Below, piece by piece: positions 10,003 through 21,500 of a stretch of 64,000 bases of DNA (position 1 is the first letter of the stretch; every line of letters starts with the position of its first letter). The notes beneath the pieces were generated by a model. It did no database searches. It was not told where the DNA came from and saw nothing but the letters and a program-made list of their open reading frames with translations. The translations under genes and the position numbers were made by a program. The stretch comes from Candidatus Eiseniibacteriota bacterium. Its GTDB lineage: Bacteria > Eisenbacteria > RBG-16-71-46 > CAVPCR01. The stretch covers positions 192,001-256,000 of the forward strand of contig CAVPCR010000004.1 of assembly GCA_963702435.1 (NCBI GenBank), in the 5' to 3' direction.

Positions 10003-10419
10003 ATGGACGGAGATGTCATGCTGCAGCTCGGCCCGCTGGCGATGATCCTCAGTCTCTTCTGGATCGCGGTCATCGCCATGGTGCTCCGGCACCGCACGCA
10101 GGAGCGCTTGCATCGGGAACGGATGACCCTCGCCGAGAAGGGTCTGGAGATCCCGGCCGCGCTCTACCCCGGCGCCGCCAGGCCAAGTGGGGACCTGCGC
10201 ACGGCCCGCGCCTGGCTCCTCGTTCTCGGTACCGTGATGACGTTCATCGGGGCGGCCGTGATGATCACGCTCGGCGTCCAGGGAGGTCTGGCCGAGGGCA
10301 TGAACGGTGTGGCCCCGCTCGCCATCGGTCTCGGGATGCTGGTTGCGGAGAGGTTGCTCACGCGCACCCTGGTCCGATCCGCCCCTGGCAACGGCGCCCG
10401 GCCGCAGGAGACCGCGTAG
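10003..10419 (+). CDS. Small membrane protein divergent from the ECF sigma (DUF6249-like)
   Basis: Three hydrophobic segments, HRERMTLAEKG motif, strong RBS. Confidence 0.65.
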   Translation: MDGDVMLQLGPLAMILSLFWIAVIAMVLRHRTQERLHRERMTLAEKGLEIPAALYPGAARPSGDLRTARAWLLVLGTVMTFIGAAVMITLGVQGGLAEGMNGVAPLAIGLGMLVAERLLTRTLVRSAPGNGARPQETA

Positions 10420-10610
10420 CAGCGGCCACGCCGCCACCTGTACGGGCGCGCTTGCACTTTCCTGCGGCCCGGCCCGCAGGCAACGGTGGCCTGGCCCTCA
10501 GGCAACGGTGGCCTGGCCCGCAGGCAGCGGCGGTCGGGCTCCCGGCAACGGCGCCCCGTCGCCAGGATGTCGCCTGGCCAACACCGGGCCGCGTCGCTAC
10601 CATCAGGCGC

Positions 10611-11408
10611 ATGAACAGCCCTGGTTCCCTCACCCGCGACACGATCATCGGCGCGCTGGTTGCGGCGCTCGAGCCGCTCCCGCACGTGCGCGCCATGTGG
10701 GAAGGCGGGTCCCCCGCCTTCCAGAGGACCGACGAGTGGTCCGATATCGATCTCTACGTCGACACCGATGATGAGTGCGTCGGCGAAGTCCTGGCCGCCG
10801 CCGCGCGCGCTCTCGAGTCCCTCGCGCCGATCGAGCGCCGGTTCGATCCGCCGCTCCCGCCCGGCGGAGGCTACCTGCAGGCGTTCTTCCACCTGCGCGG
10901 GACGAGTCCGTTCCTGCTCGTGGATCTTGCCGTCATCAAGCACTCGAGCCCGGAGAAGTTCCTCGTCCCCGAGATCCACGGCAAGGCGATCTTCCTCTTC
11001 AACAAGGGGGATCAGATCCGGATCCCGCCCCTCGACCGCGCCGCGCTCGCGCGGCGCATCCGCGAGCGCGCAACGCGTCTGCGCGCGCGCGCCGACATGT
11101 TCTGGATCTTCTTCGACAAGTTCCTCGCGCGCGGCCACGAGATCGAGGCGATCGACTTCTACAACCGGCTGATCCTCGGCTCGCTGGTCGAAGTGCTCCG
11201 CATCCGCCACTCGCCGGAGCATCATGACTTCGGCACGTATTACGCGAGCCTGGATCTGCCGCCAGCTGTCGCCAGGAGGCTCCGCGCCCTGTTCTTCGTG
11301 GGCGATGTCGCCGATCTCCGTGCGAAGCGGGACACCGCGGTAACCTGGTTTGCGGAGACGCTTGCCGCGATCGACAAGATGGGCCGCGCCGTCTCCGCGG
11401 CGGACTGA
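10611..11408 (+). CDS. Nucleotidyltransferase domain protein
   Basis: WEGGS...DEWSDIDL Pol-beta NTase motif; start set at MNSPGS. Confidence 0.8.
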   Translation: MNSPGSLTRDTIIGALVAALEPLPHVRAMWEGGSPAFQRTDEWSDIDLYVDTDDECVGEVLAAAARALESLAPIERRFDPPLPPGGGYLQAFFHLRGTSPFLLVDLAVIKHSSPEKFLVPEIHGKAIFLFNKGDQIRIPPLDRAALARRIRERATRLRARADMFWIFFDKFLARGHEIEAIDFYNRLILGSLVEVLRIRHSPEHHDFGTYYASLDLPPAVARRLRALFFVGDVADLRAKRDTAVTWFAETLAAIDKMGRAVSAAD

Positions 11409-11563
11409 AGGCGGGCGGAGCGGCATCTCGAGCAGATGATCGCCGCGGAACAAAGCGAGCGGCCTCCGCTCGCGGAGGCCGCCCCGAACTGCGCTGCTCT
11501 TGCTTTCGAGCCGTTGTCTTTCGTGCTCCGTTCGCGTTCTACCCGGTTCCGTTGACTCCGCGC

Positions 11564-12379
11564 TCACTCGCTCATGAGGTTCTTCACGCGGCCCCAGGTC
11601 GTGGGCTCGACCGCGGTCGCACCGCGGGGCAGTTCGATAACGGTGCCGTCAACCAGGGCGGCGTAGAGTCCGAACGCATTGGGCGCACCGGGCGTCAGGT
11701 AGCCCGAGGCGAAGACGACGGCCGCGCCGCCGCCGAGGCCCGATACGTCTGCCAAGAAGGAGGCGACGACCATGCCAGGCATCCCGGCCGGCGTGATGAG
11801 GAGCGTGTACATGCCCGGAGGCACCGAAAGGTAATCGGCCGAGTACTCCCTGAACGAGAGATTCTGGAAGAGAGGGCCGACGCCCGCGGCCAGGATATCC
11901 ACTTCCGGCGCGTCCGGGGCGCCATGGAAGGCGAGGAGGTCCACATTGCCGCCTGTGCCGGTCGTGCGCAGGGCAGGGAAGATCTCGAGACCGAACGCCG
12001 TGGGGATGCCCTCGGGGTTCGCGGGCAGATTCGGATCCAGCACGCCGGTGGCCATGACGACGTACTTCGCACCGGACATCAGCACAACGGGGAAGCTGGC
12101 GATGATGTCGCCGGGCCCGGTGCTGTTCCCCGGAGCGACGCCGATCGTCAGAGTCACGCCGGCGGGCAGGCTGACGAGCCCGGTCGCGGAGCGGAAAGCG
12201 AAGTCGTCAATGGCCAGGCCCTGGTCGACATAGATGTCCACCACGGCGGCCAGGGGGTCGGGTGAGTTGTGGATGACCTGGATCTGTGCGGTCTGTGCCG
12301 AGGCCGCCCCGGCGAGAACCAGAGTTCCGAGGACCGCCGCCATGGCGATACGAGCGCTGAACGTTGACCGAGTGCTCAT
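11564..12379 (-). CDS. Secreted DUF4397-like protein with C-terminal TWGRVK tail
   Basis: Signal peptide, two IHNSPD/FHGAPDAP repeats, RBS AGGAGG, ends AVEPTTWGRVKNLMSE. Confidence 0.75.
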   Translation of the reverse strand: MSTRSTFSARIAMAAVLGTLVLAGAASAQTAQIQVIHNSPDPLAAVVDIYVDQGLAIDDFAFRSATGLVSLPAGVTLTIGVAPGNSTGPGDIIASFPVVLMSGAKYVVMATGVLDPNLPANPEGIPTAFGLEIFPALRTTGTGGNVDLLAFHGAPDAPEVDILAAGVGPLFQNLSFREYSADYLSVPPGMYTLLITPAGMPGMVVASFLADVSGLGGGAAVVFASGYLTPGAPNAFGLYAALVDGTVIELPRGATAVEPTTWGRVKNLMSE

Positions 12380-12789
12380 TGACCTGCCTCCTAGTCGATC
12401 GGTGGTTGTTGATCGTTCCCGGTGAGCGCGATTCCCAATCTCTGCGCCCCACGCCATGAGGATCGGGGCAGGTCGGTCGCGGATGTAATTGTCTAGGTTA
12501 AATTTTTGTCAACCCGCACGGGACTCCAGGGCGCTGTCCTGGACAGCCCGTTCTCGCGCCGGCACCGTGGGGCCGGATCGTGTGCCGATGGCGCGGGTTC
12601 TCGCATCCCGTCGCGGGCGCTGCTCCTGCTTCCGGTGCCGCGGCGGGTCGAGACCTTGCCCGTGACTGCCGGTTGCCCGAAGATGCGGTCGTCAGGTGCT
12701 CGAGACGCGCAGATGGGATGGCGGCGCCGCGCCGGCGCGTGCGGAAGGCGCAAGGCGGAAGGCGCAAGGCAAGAAGAAGCGGAGGCTCG

Positions 12790-14022
12790 TTGCAGAAGGT
12801 CATTCTCTTCTCGTTTCTTCTCATCATCGGGCTCGTCGGCTCGCAGATCCTGCCTGCCCTCGCCGGGCCGCACGCCGCGTGGATGGCGGAGGCGATCAGC
12901 GTGCTCACGCTCATCGCTCTCGCCTTCATCATGATCCACGTCGGCTACGAGTTCGAGATCGACAAGAAGAACACGGGTCAGTACGCGTGGGACTACGTCG
13001 TGGCGATGACGGCCGCCGCTTTCCCCTGGATCCTCGTCACCTTCTACTTCGTGTTCGTGATGCTGCCGGCAGAGGCATGGGGGCAGTTCGAGGCGTGGAA
13101 GGAGACGCTGCTCGCCGGCCGCTTCGCTGCGCCGACCTCGGCCGGGGTCCTCTTCTCGATGCTCGCCGCGGCGGGCCTCAGCGCGACGTGGATGTTCAAG
13201 AAAGCGCGCGTCCTCGCCATCTTCGACGACCTCGACACCGTGCTGTTGATGATTCCTCTCAAGATGATGATCGTCGGGCCCGCCTGGCAGCTCGCGGCCG
13301 TCGTGGTCTTCATGTTCGTTCTCCTCTGGCTCGCCTGGCGCTATCTCCATCAGTGGGCGATTCCGGTCACCTGGCCCTGGGTGCTCGCGTACGCGGCGGG
13401 GATCGTCGCCGCCACCGAGGCCGTCTATCTTGCGAGCAAGACGATCGACGTCCAGGTGCCGATCCACATCGAGGTCCTGCTCCCCGCGTTCGTCCTCGGT
13501 TGCCTGCTCCGGCGCCCGCAGGGCGCCGACCCGCACCGGGATGACGCCCGCCCCGGGCACCAGGAGGGCTCGGAGAGCGCCGGCGAGCAGCGCGTGGCGA
13601 CGATCATCTCGGCCGCGTTCATGGTGCTCGTCGGGCTCTCGATGCCTGCGATCTTCGCCGCGCCGGCGGCGAAGGCCGGGGCAGTGCTCGCGACCACGGT
13701 CACGGCCGCCCAGCCGGCGCTCGGGATGGCGGCCATCCTCTGGCACGTCCTGGCCGTCACCCTTCTCTCCAACCTCGGCAAGATGTTCCCGGCCTTCGTC
13801 TATCGACGGGAGGCGCACTGGCGGGAGCGCCTCGCCGTGGCCATTGGCATGTGGCCGCGCGGCGAGGTGGGCGCGGGCATTCTCGTCATCAGCCTGGGCT
13901 ACGGCCTCGGCGGACCGATCGTGACCGTGGCCATCCTGAGCCTGGCCCTGAACCTGCTCCTGACCGGGCTCTTCATCTGGATCGTCCAGCGATTGCTGAA
14001 CGGTGTGTCCGTGACCCGGTGA
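12790..14022 (+). CDS. Cation (Na+)/H+ antiporter, CPA family
   Basis: Many TM segments, APTSAG, LAIFDDL, GMWPRGEVG; TTG start after GGAGG. Confidence 0.8.
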   Translation: MQKVILFSFLLIIGLVGSQILPALAGPHAAWMAEAISVLTLIALAFIMIHVGYEFEIDKKNTGQYAWDYVVAMTAAAFPWILVTFYFVFVMLPAEAWGQFEAWKETLLAGRFAAPTSAGVLFSMLAAAGLSATWMFKKARVLAIFDDLDTVLLMIPLKMMIVGPAWQLAAVVVFMFVLLWLAWRYLHQWAIPVTWPWVLAYAAGIVAATEAVYLASKTIDVQVPIHIEVLLPAFVLGCLLRRPQGADPHRDDARPGHQEGSESAGEQRVATIISAAFMVLVGLSMPAIFAAPAAKAGAVLATTVTAAQPALGMAAILWHVLAVTLLSNLGKMFPAFVYRREAHWRERLAVAIGMWPRGEVGAGILVISLGYGLGGPIVTVAILSLALNLLLTGLFIWIVQRLLNGVSVTR

Positions 14023-14028
14023 TGACCG

Positions 14029-14463
14029 GTGATGGCCGATCCGGCGATGGAGAACCGCGAGCCGCTCATCGATGAGGCGGAGTTCAGGCGGCGGCTCACC
14101 GCCCTGTGCGCGAGCGGAGTCGGTCCCGGCCTGCCGCGCAAGCGCCGCGACACGCACATCCTGCTCCGGAGCATGGCCATGAGCTTCGATCCCGCCGGCC
14201 GCTACACCGAGCGCGCGGTCGGGGAGGTGCTCAAGCACTGGCTCGAACTCGCCGGGCCGCGCGTCGAGCTGGACCATGTGAGCCTCCGGCGCAGCCTGGT
14301 CGACGAGGGGTACCTCGTGCGCGATCCGGCCGGGGCCGCCTACGAGGTCCGCCGGAGCGGCCGTGCCGGCATCCTGTTCGCGGCTGCGGTGGATCTCCTG
14401 GATGTGGCCCAGATCCTCCGTTCGCTGCATGGCGATGCCGGTTCCTGTAACCGGCTCCTGTAA
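14029..14463 (+). CDS. DUF2087-like winged-helix protein
   Basis: LPRKRRD...YTERAV...DHVSLRRSLVDEGYLVRD. Confidence 0.65.
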   Translation: MMADPAMENREPLIDEAEFRRRLTALCASGVGPGLPRKRRDTHILLRSMAMSFDPAGRYTERAVGEVLKHWLELAGPRVELDHVSLRRSLVDEGYLVRDPAGAAYEVRRSGRAGILFAAAVDLLDVAQILRSLHGDAGSCNRLL

Positions 14464-14480
14464 CAAGAGGTCGGAAGATC

Positions 14481-15080
14481 ATGTCTGAAACGGAGACCGC
14501 GGCGGGCCCCCTGGGCTCGCGCTTTCGCGACGCGCTCGGTGTTGCGCTCGTGCTGCACGGAGCGCAGGTGAAGAAGGGGACGACCGTGCCCTATCTCGCC
14601 CATCTGCTCGCGGTCACCGCGCTCGTCATCGAGCACGGCGGCGACGAGGACCAGGCGGTCGCCGCACTCCTTCACGACGCGATCGAGGACGCGGGCGCCG
14701 ACGTGCGGCCGCTCATCGCGCGCTTCGGGCCGCGGGTGGCTGCGATCGTCGAGGGTTGCACCGACACCGACGTCCAGCCCAAGCCGCCGTGGCGCCCGCG
14801 CAAGGAGGCCTACCTGGCCCACCTGGCCGCCGCACCGGCCGGCGTCGGTCTGGTCGCGATGGCCGACAAGCTGGCCAACGTGCGATCCATCATCGCGGAC
14901 CACCGCGCGATCGGCGATCGGGTGTTCGAGCGGTTCAGCGGCAGGAAGGACGGGACGCTCTGGTACTATCGTGAGATCGTCCGCGTGTGCTCCGGGAAAG
15001 CTCCCGCCACCCTCTTCCTCGAGCTCGAGCGCGCGGTCGCGGATCTCGAGGCCGTCGCCGGCGGAGGACCGGTCCAGTGA
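14481..15080 (+). CDS. HD-domain hydrolase, (p)ppGpp hydrolase/Mesh1 (SAH)-like
   Basis: HxxQxxKG..PYxxH, AALLHDAIED, ADKLAN. Confidence 0.85.
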   Translation: MSETETAAGPLGSRFRDALGVALVLHGAQVKKGTTVPYLAHLLAVTALVIEHGGDEDQAVAALLHDAIEDAGADVRPLIARFGPRVAAIVEGCTDTDVQPKPPWRPRKEAYLAHLAAAPAGVGLVAMADKLANVRSIIADHRAIGDRVFERFSGRKDGTLWYYREIVRVCSGKAPATLFLELERAVADLEAVAGGGPVQ

Positions 15081-15982
15081 AGGAACAGGATCGATTTCGT
15101 GGAGCGTTGCTCGGGCTGGCGGCGGGCGACGCCGTCGGGGCGACCCTTGAGTTCTGCTCCCGCGGCAGCGCGGTGCTCACCGACATGGTCGGCGGCGGCG
15201 CCTTCGGGCTCCGGCCCGGCGAGTGGACCGACGACACGGCGATGGCACTTTGCCTCGCCACGAGCCTCCTCGAGAAGAACGGATTCGACGCCGAGGACCA
15301 GATGCAACGCTACGTGCGCTGGTGGGAGACCGGGTACCTGAGCTCGACCGGGACTTGCTTCGACATCGGAAGCACGGTCGAGCAGGCGCTGCGCACGTAC
15401 ATCGACACCGGCGAGTACTTCGCCGGGCCGCGCGGCAAGCGCTCCGCCGGCAACGGCTCGATCATGCGGCTCGCGCCGGTGCCCATGTTCTACTACCCGG
15501 ACGAGGAGGCGGCGATCCGCTACTCGGCGGAGAGCTCTCGGACGACGCACGGGGCGGAGGAGAGCATCGACGCCTGCCGGCTTCTCGGCGGTATGCTCTA
15601 TCGCGCGCTCGCGGGTCGGATGAAGGAGGAAGTGCTCCTCGGGGATGCCGGGTTCCGGGGAGCGGAGAAGATCGCCGCCCTCGCTCGCGGCGAGTATGCC
15701 GCTCTCGCCGCAGACGCGCTCGCCGGCACCGGCTACGTGGTGAAGAGCCTCGAGGCCGCGCTCTGGTGTTTCCACCACACCGACTCGTTCGCCGCCGCGG
15801 TGCTCATGGCGGCCAATCTGGGCGACGACGCCGACACGACCGCGGCGGTCTGCGGGCAGCTCGCAGGAGCTTTCTACGGACTGGAGGGAATCCCTGCGCC
15901 ATGGCGCGAGCAGGTGGCCCGGGCCGGGGAGATCCTCGAGCTGGCCGACCGCCTCCATGCTGCCCGCCCCGCGCGCGGCTAG
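15077..15982 (+). CDS. ADP-ribosylglycohydrolase (DraG/ARH family)
   Basis: GLAAGDAVG, WTDDT, GNGSIMR, NLGDDADTT; GTGA overlap with the HD gene. Confidence 0.92.
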   Translation: MKEQDRFRGALLGLAAGDAVGATLEFCSRGSAVLTDMVGGGAFGLRPGEWTDDTAMALCLATSLLEKNGFDAEDQMQRYVRWWETGYLSSTGTCFDIGSTVEQALRTYIDTGEYFAGPRGKRSAGNGSIMRLAPVPMFYYPDEEAAIRYSAESSRTTHGAEESIDACRLLGGMLYRALAGRMKEEVLLGDAGFRGAEKIAALARGEYAALAADALAGTGYVVKSLEAALWCFHHTDSFAAAVLMAANLGDDADTTAAVCGQLAGAFYGLEGIPAPWREQVARAGEILELADRLHAARPARG

Positions 15983-16062
15983 CCCGGCCCGCATGCCGCC
16001 CGCCCAGCGCGCCGCCGGCGCGTGCGAGGCGGTTCATTCCGGCCGGGGCGACCCCCGGCCGT

Positions 16063-16922
16063 CTACGGATGCCCGCCGCCGCCGCCACCGCCGCCGCCGC
16101 CGGCGGTGTCGGGCGGGGCATTGGCGGCCCTGAGCGCCTGGCCGACGAGCGAGCCCGTGATGACGTGGAGCGAGTCGAGCTCGGCGACGCGAGGTGAGAC
16201 CGCCGCGACCGTCGCCGGCGGCAGGCCGGCATAGGGCGTCTCGGCCGCGGCGATCGCTGCGCGTATCTTCGCCTGCCGCTCGGGCGGCAGACCGGCGATG
16301 CGGGTCGTGTCGACCCCCATGCGCGTCACGAAATCCGCTCGCCGCCTGCGCACGATCATGTCCTCGATCGTGGCGCTGACCGCGAGGTAGCGCGCGCTGC
16401 TCATCCCGGAGACCTGGGCGCCGTGCTCCAGGCTGGCCATCCGATCGTTGAGCTGCTCGAGCAGCGCCTTCTTCTCCGCCTCGTCCGTCGTGGTTCCCAG
16501 GTCGGTGATGATCTTCTCGACGCGCTCGAGCTCGCCCTTCTGGCCGCGACGATAGGCATCCACGTCGGCCGGCGTGATCACGGCCGGTACGCCGGGGACG
16601 GTGCCTTTCGCCGTCGCGGCGGCGCCCGCGCCCGCGGCGCCCGCGGCGGCAACCCCGGCGTCGCCGGCCGCGGCAGAATCGGCGGCGATCTCCGCGGCGG
16701 GACGAGCGGCAGCCGGGTCGAGGGTCGTTCCCGGCGCGCCGAACTGAGCTCCGGGAACCGCACCCGAATCGGCTCCCGCCCCCGCAGCCCCGGCCCCCGC
16801 CGCCGGTCCCGACTCCGTCGCGGCGCCGGTCGCCGCCGGCTCCGCTTTCTCCTTCCGGCCGCAGGCGAGAGCCGCCGTGGCCACGAGCAGGAACCCGATG
16901 CCGATCCGCAGTGTGTTGCGCA

Positions 16923-16935
<13 letters not shown>
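16063..16935 (-). CDS. Hypothetical lipoprotein with Ala/Gly-rich linker
   Basis: Signal peptide with lipobox ALAC; overlaps the PFK stop. Confidence 0.6.
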
Positions 16936-18257
<1,322 letters not shown>

Positions 18258-18513
18258 CGGCGTGAACGACTCCTTTCGGTGGCCGGCGGCCGGGGTGCGC
18301 TGCGCAGTGGGTGGCGTGCGGTGCGGGTCGCTCGCTGCGCGGGTGGCGGGCGAGCGTAGCAGGAGGAGACGGCGGGTGTCGAGCCCGGGCGGGCGCATCT
18401 GGGCGGGCGCCGAGTCCAGGACTCAGCACCCGCCCAGGGCCTGGCTCGATCGCTGCTGGTCGGTCCTGACGGCGATGCGGATATGCCCCGAGCGCTGCCT
18501 CAATGCAGCTGCC

Positions 18514-21500
18514 TCATCGCAGCAACAGCATGGTCCGGGACGTCGCGAACCCCCCCGCCTCGAGGCGCAGATAGTAGATCCCCGTCGCCTGCGCCTGACC
18601 CTGCTCGTTGCGGCCGTCCCACACCACCTCGTGCCGGCCAGCGGACACCGCTTCCTGGCGGAGCGTCCGGATGAGGCGGCCGGCGGTGTCATAGACAGCA
18701 AGGTCGACGGGGCCGGCCACCGGCAGTTCGTAGCGTACCGTGGTCGTGCTGTGGAAGGGGTTCGGCACGTTGGCCCCGAGCGTGTAAGCCCGTGGTGTCT
18801 CGGGCACCGCTTCGGCGCCGGCGACGGACAAGGAGCTCGATGCGAAGGGGGAGCCCGCAAAGGCGCCGTCGATCGCCTGGACGCCCCAGAAGTAGTTGCC
18901 GAAGGCCGGTAGCTCGATGGTCCACGATGTGCGCTGCTGTGCATTGCCCAGCTGGACGACGCGCCGGTAGCCGGTCGTGGCATCCGCCATGGCCGGCATC
19001 ACCTGGCAACCGCCAGGCGTCGTGCCGATCAGCAGGTTGTAGGATAGGCCGGATGCGGGCGTCTGGGCGTCGGTGGCGGCGGACCAGTCAAAGGTGACGG
19101 TCAGGCCATCAGGAACGGCCGCGAGGCCGCCCGGGGCGGTGGGCGGGGAGTTCGCCGGGGCGCCGTCGCTCCGGTACACTCGCGTGATGTAGCCCGCGCC
19201 CGTATCCCCCATCAAGAGGAGATCGAGGTCGCCGTCGTTGTCGTAGTCGCCCCACGCTGCTGCACCGCCGGTGACTCCGGGCAGCCCGGCGGCGATGTCG
19301 GTGAAGGCGCCGGCGTCGTTCCGGTACACGCGCGCGATCTTTCCTCCGCTGGCGTTGCCCGCGAGCAGGAGATCGAGGTCGCCATCGTTGTCATAATCCC
19401 CCCACCCCGCCGATCCGTAGGTCACTGCAGGGAGCCCGGCGGCGATGTCGGTGAACGCGCCGGCGTCGTTCCGGTACACGCGCGAGTACTCGGTGCCCGC
19501 CAGCACGAGGTCGAGGTCTCCATCGTTGTCGTAGTCACCCCATGTCGCACCACACGAGCGCAGCCCGGGCAGCCCGGCGGCGATGTCGGTGAAGGTGCCG
19601 GCGTCGTTCCGGTACACGCGCGCCAAAGTCGTGTTTGCGATTCCGGCGAGCAGGAGGTCCAGGTCCCCGTCACCGTCGTAGTCCCCCCAGGCCACCGCGC
19701 TCATCCACACGCCCGGCAGCCCGGCGGCGATGTCGGTGAAGACGCCGGCGTCGTTCCGGTACACGCGCGCGAAGTCTTCGTATTGATCCCTTGTTCCGGT
19801 CAACACGAAGTCCAGATCGCCGTCGTTGTCGTAATCCCCCCATGCCACCGCGCCGTCCCGCGCCCCCGGCAGCCCGGCGGCGATGTCAATGAAGGCGCCG
19901 GCGTCGTTCCGGTACACCTTCGAGATGCTTTGCGGGGACGGGTACCCGGTGAGCAGGAGGTCGAGATCCCCGTCGTTGTCGTAGTCCCCCCATGCCGACG
20001 CGCCTGACAACACACCCGTCAGCCCGGCGCCAATGTCGGTGAACGTGCCGCCCCCCAGGTTCCGATACACGCGCGAGATGATGGCGGAACCGATGTGTCC
20101 GCTCTGCACGAAGTCGAGATCCCCGTCGCTGTCGTAGTCCCCCCACGCCAGCGAGCTCAGCCACGCCCCCGGCAGCCCGGCGGCGATGTCGGTGAAGGTG
20201 ACCGGCGTCTCGAAGATCACCTCCGCCGCGAACGGCGAGCCGGCGAAAGCGCCGTCCAGTGCCTGCACGCTCCAGTAGTACCGCCCCAGCCCTGGCGGCA
20301 ACGTCACCGTCCAGGATGTGCGCTGCTGAGCATTGCCGAGCTGGACCACGCGGCGGTAGCCGCTGCCGGCATCCGCCATCGCCGCTATCACCTGGTTGCC
20401 GCCCGGGGAAGTGCCGATGCGCAGGTTGTAGGAGAGACCAGGCGCCGGGGTCTCGGGATCGGTTGCCGCCGTCCAGCTCAGCGTGAGCTGACCGTCGACC
20501 AGCGAGGCCGAGAGTCCATCGGGCGCGGCCGGCGGCGAGTTGGGCTCGGCGCCGCTGCTGCTGAAGATGCGCGTCAGGCGGAGGGCGCCGTCGTATCCGG
20601 ATAAGGCGATATCGAGGTCGCCATCGCCGTCGTAGTCCCCCCAAGCGGCGGCGGCTTGGTACACGCCCGGCAGCTCAGCAGCGATGTCGGTGAAGGTCCC
20701 GCCGCCGTTCCGGTAGATACGGGTGTGACCAGCAGCTCCATCGTATCCGGTCATCATGATGTCGAGGTCGCCGTCGTTGTCGTAGTCGCCCCAGGCCGCC
20801 GCCGAATAGTAGAGGCTGAGGAGGCCGGCCCCGACGTCGGTGAAGGAGCCGCCATCGTTGCGATAGACCCGCGCCATGCCCCCGGTGCCCGGAGATCCGG
20901 TGAGCAGGAGGTCGAGATCACCGTCGGCATCGTAGTCGCCCCAGGCGAGTGAGCCGACGTACAGGCCGGGCAGGCCGGCCCCGGCATCCACGAACAGGCC
21001 GGCGTCGTTGCGGTAGAGCCGCGTCAGACGCTCGCTGGCCGTGGAACCGGCGAGCACCAGGTCGAGGTCGCCGTCGTTGTCGTAGTCGCCCCAGGCGAGA
21101 GCGGCGTAGAAGACGCCGGGCAGTCCAGCCGCGATGTCGACGAAGGTTCCGGCATCGTTCCGGTAGATGCGTGCGACCCCGGTAGACGCCGGGCCCAGAT
21201 GACCGGCGATCGCGATATCCAGATCGCCGTCGTTGTCGTAGTCGCCCCAGATGGCGGCACCATCGTCGATTCCCGGCAAGCTCGTCGTCACGAGGGCGAA
21301 CGATCCAGCGTCGTTACGATACAGCCGCACGCTGTGCGTGTTGGTGTAGCCTGCCAGGAGCAGATCGAGATCGCCGTCCCGGTCGTAGTCGCCCCAGGCG
21401 ACAGAGGCGGCGCGAGCCCCGTAGACGCCAGGGAGACTTGCTCCGGAGTCCGCAAACGAGCCGCCGTCGTTGCGCAAGAGCCGGCAGGTCCCCCCTGATC

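Noticed and set aside
11455..11480. Two mutually exclusive hairpins
   Set aside because: They lie between convergent 3' ends and are most simply a terminator region.
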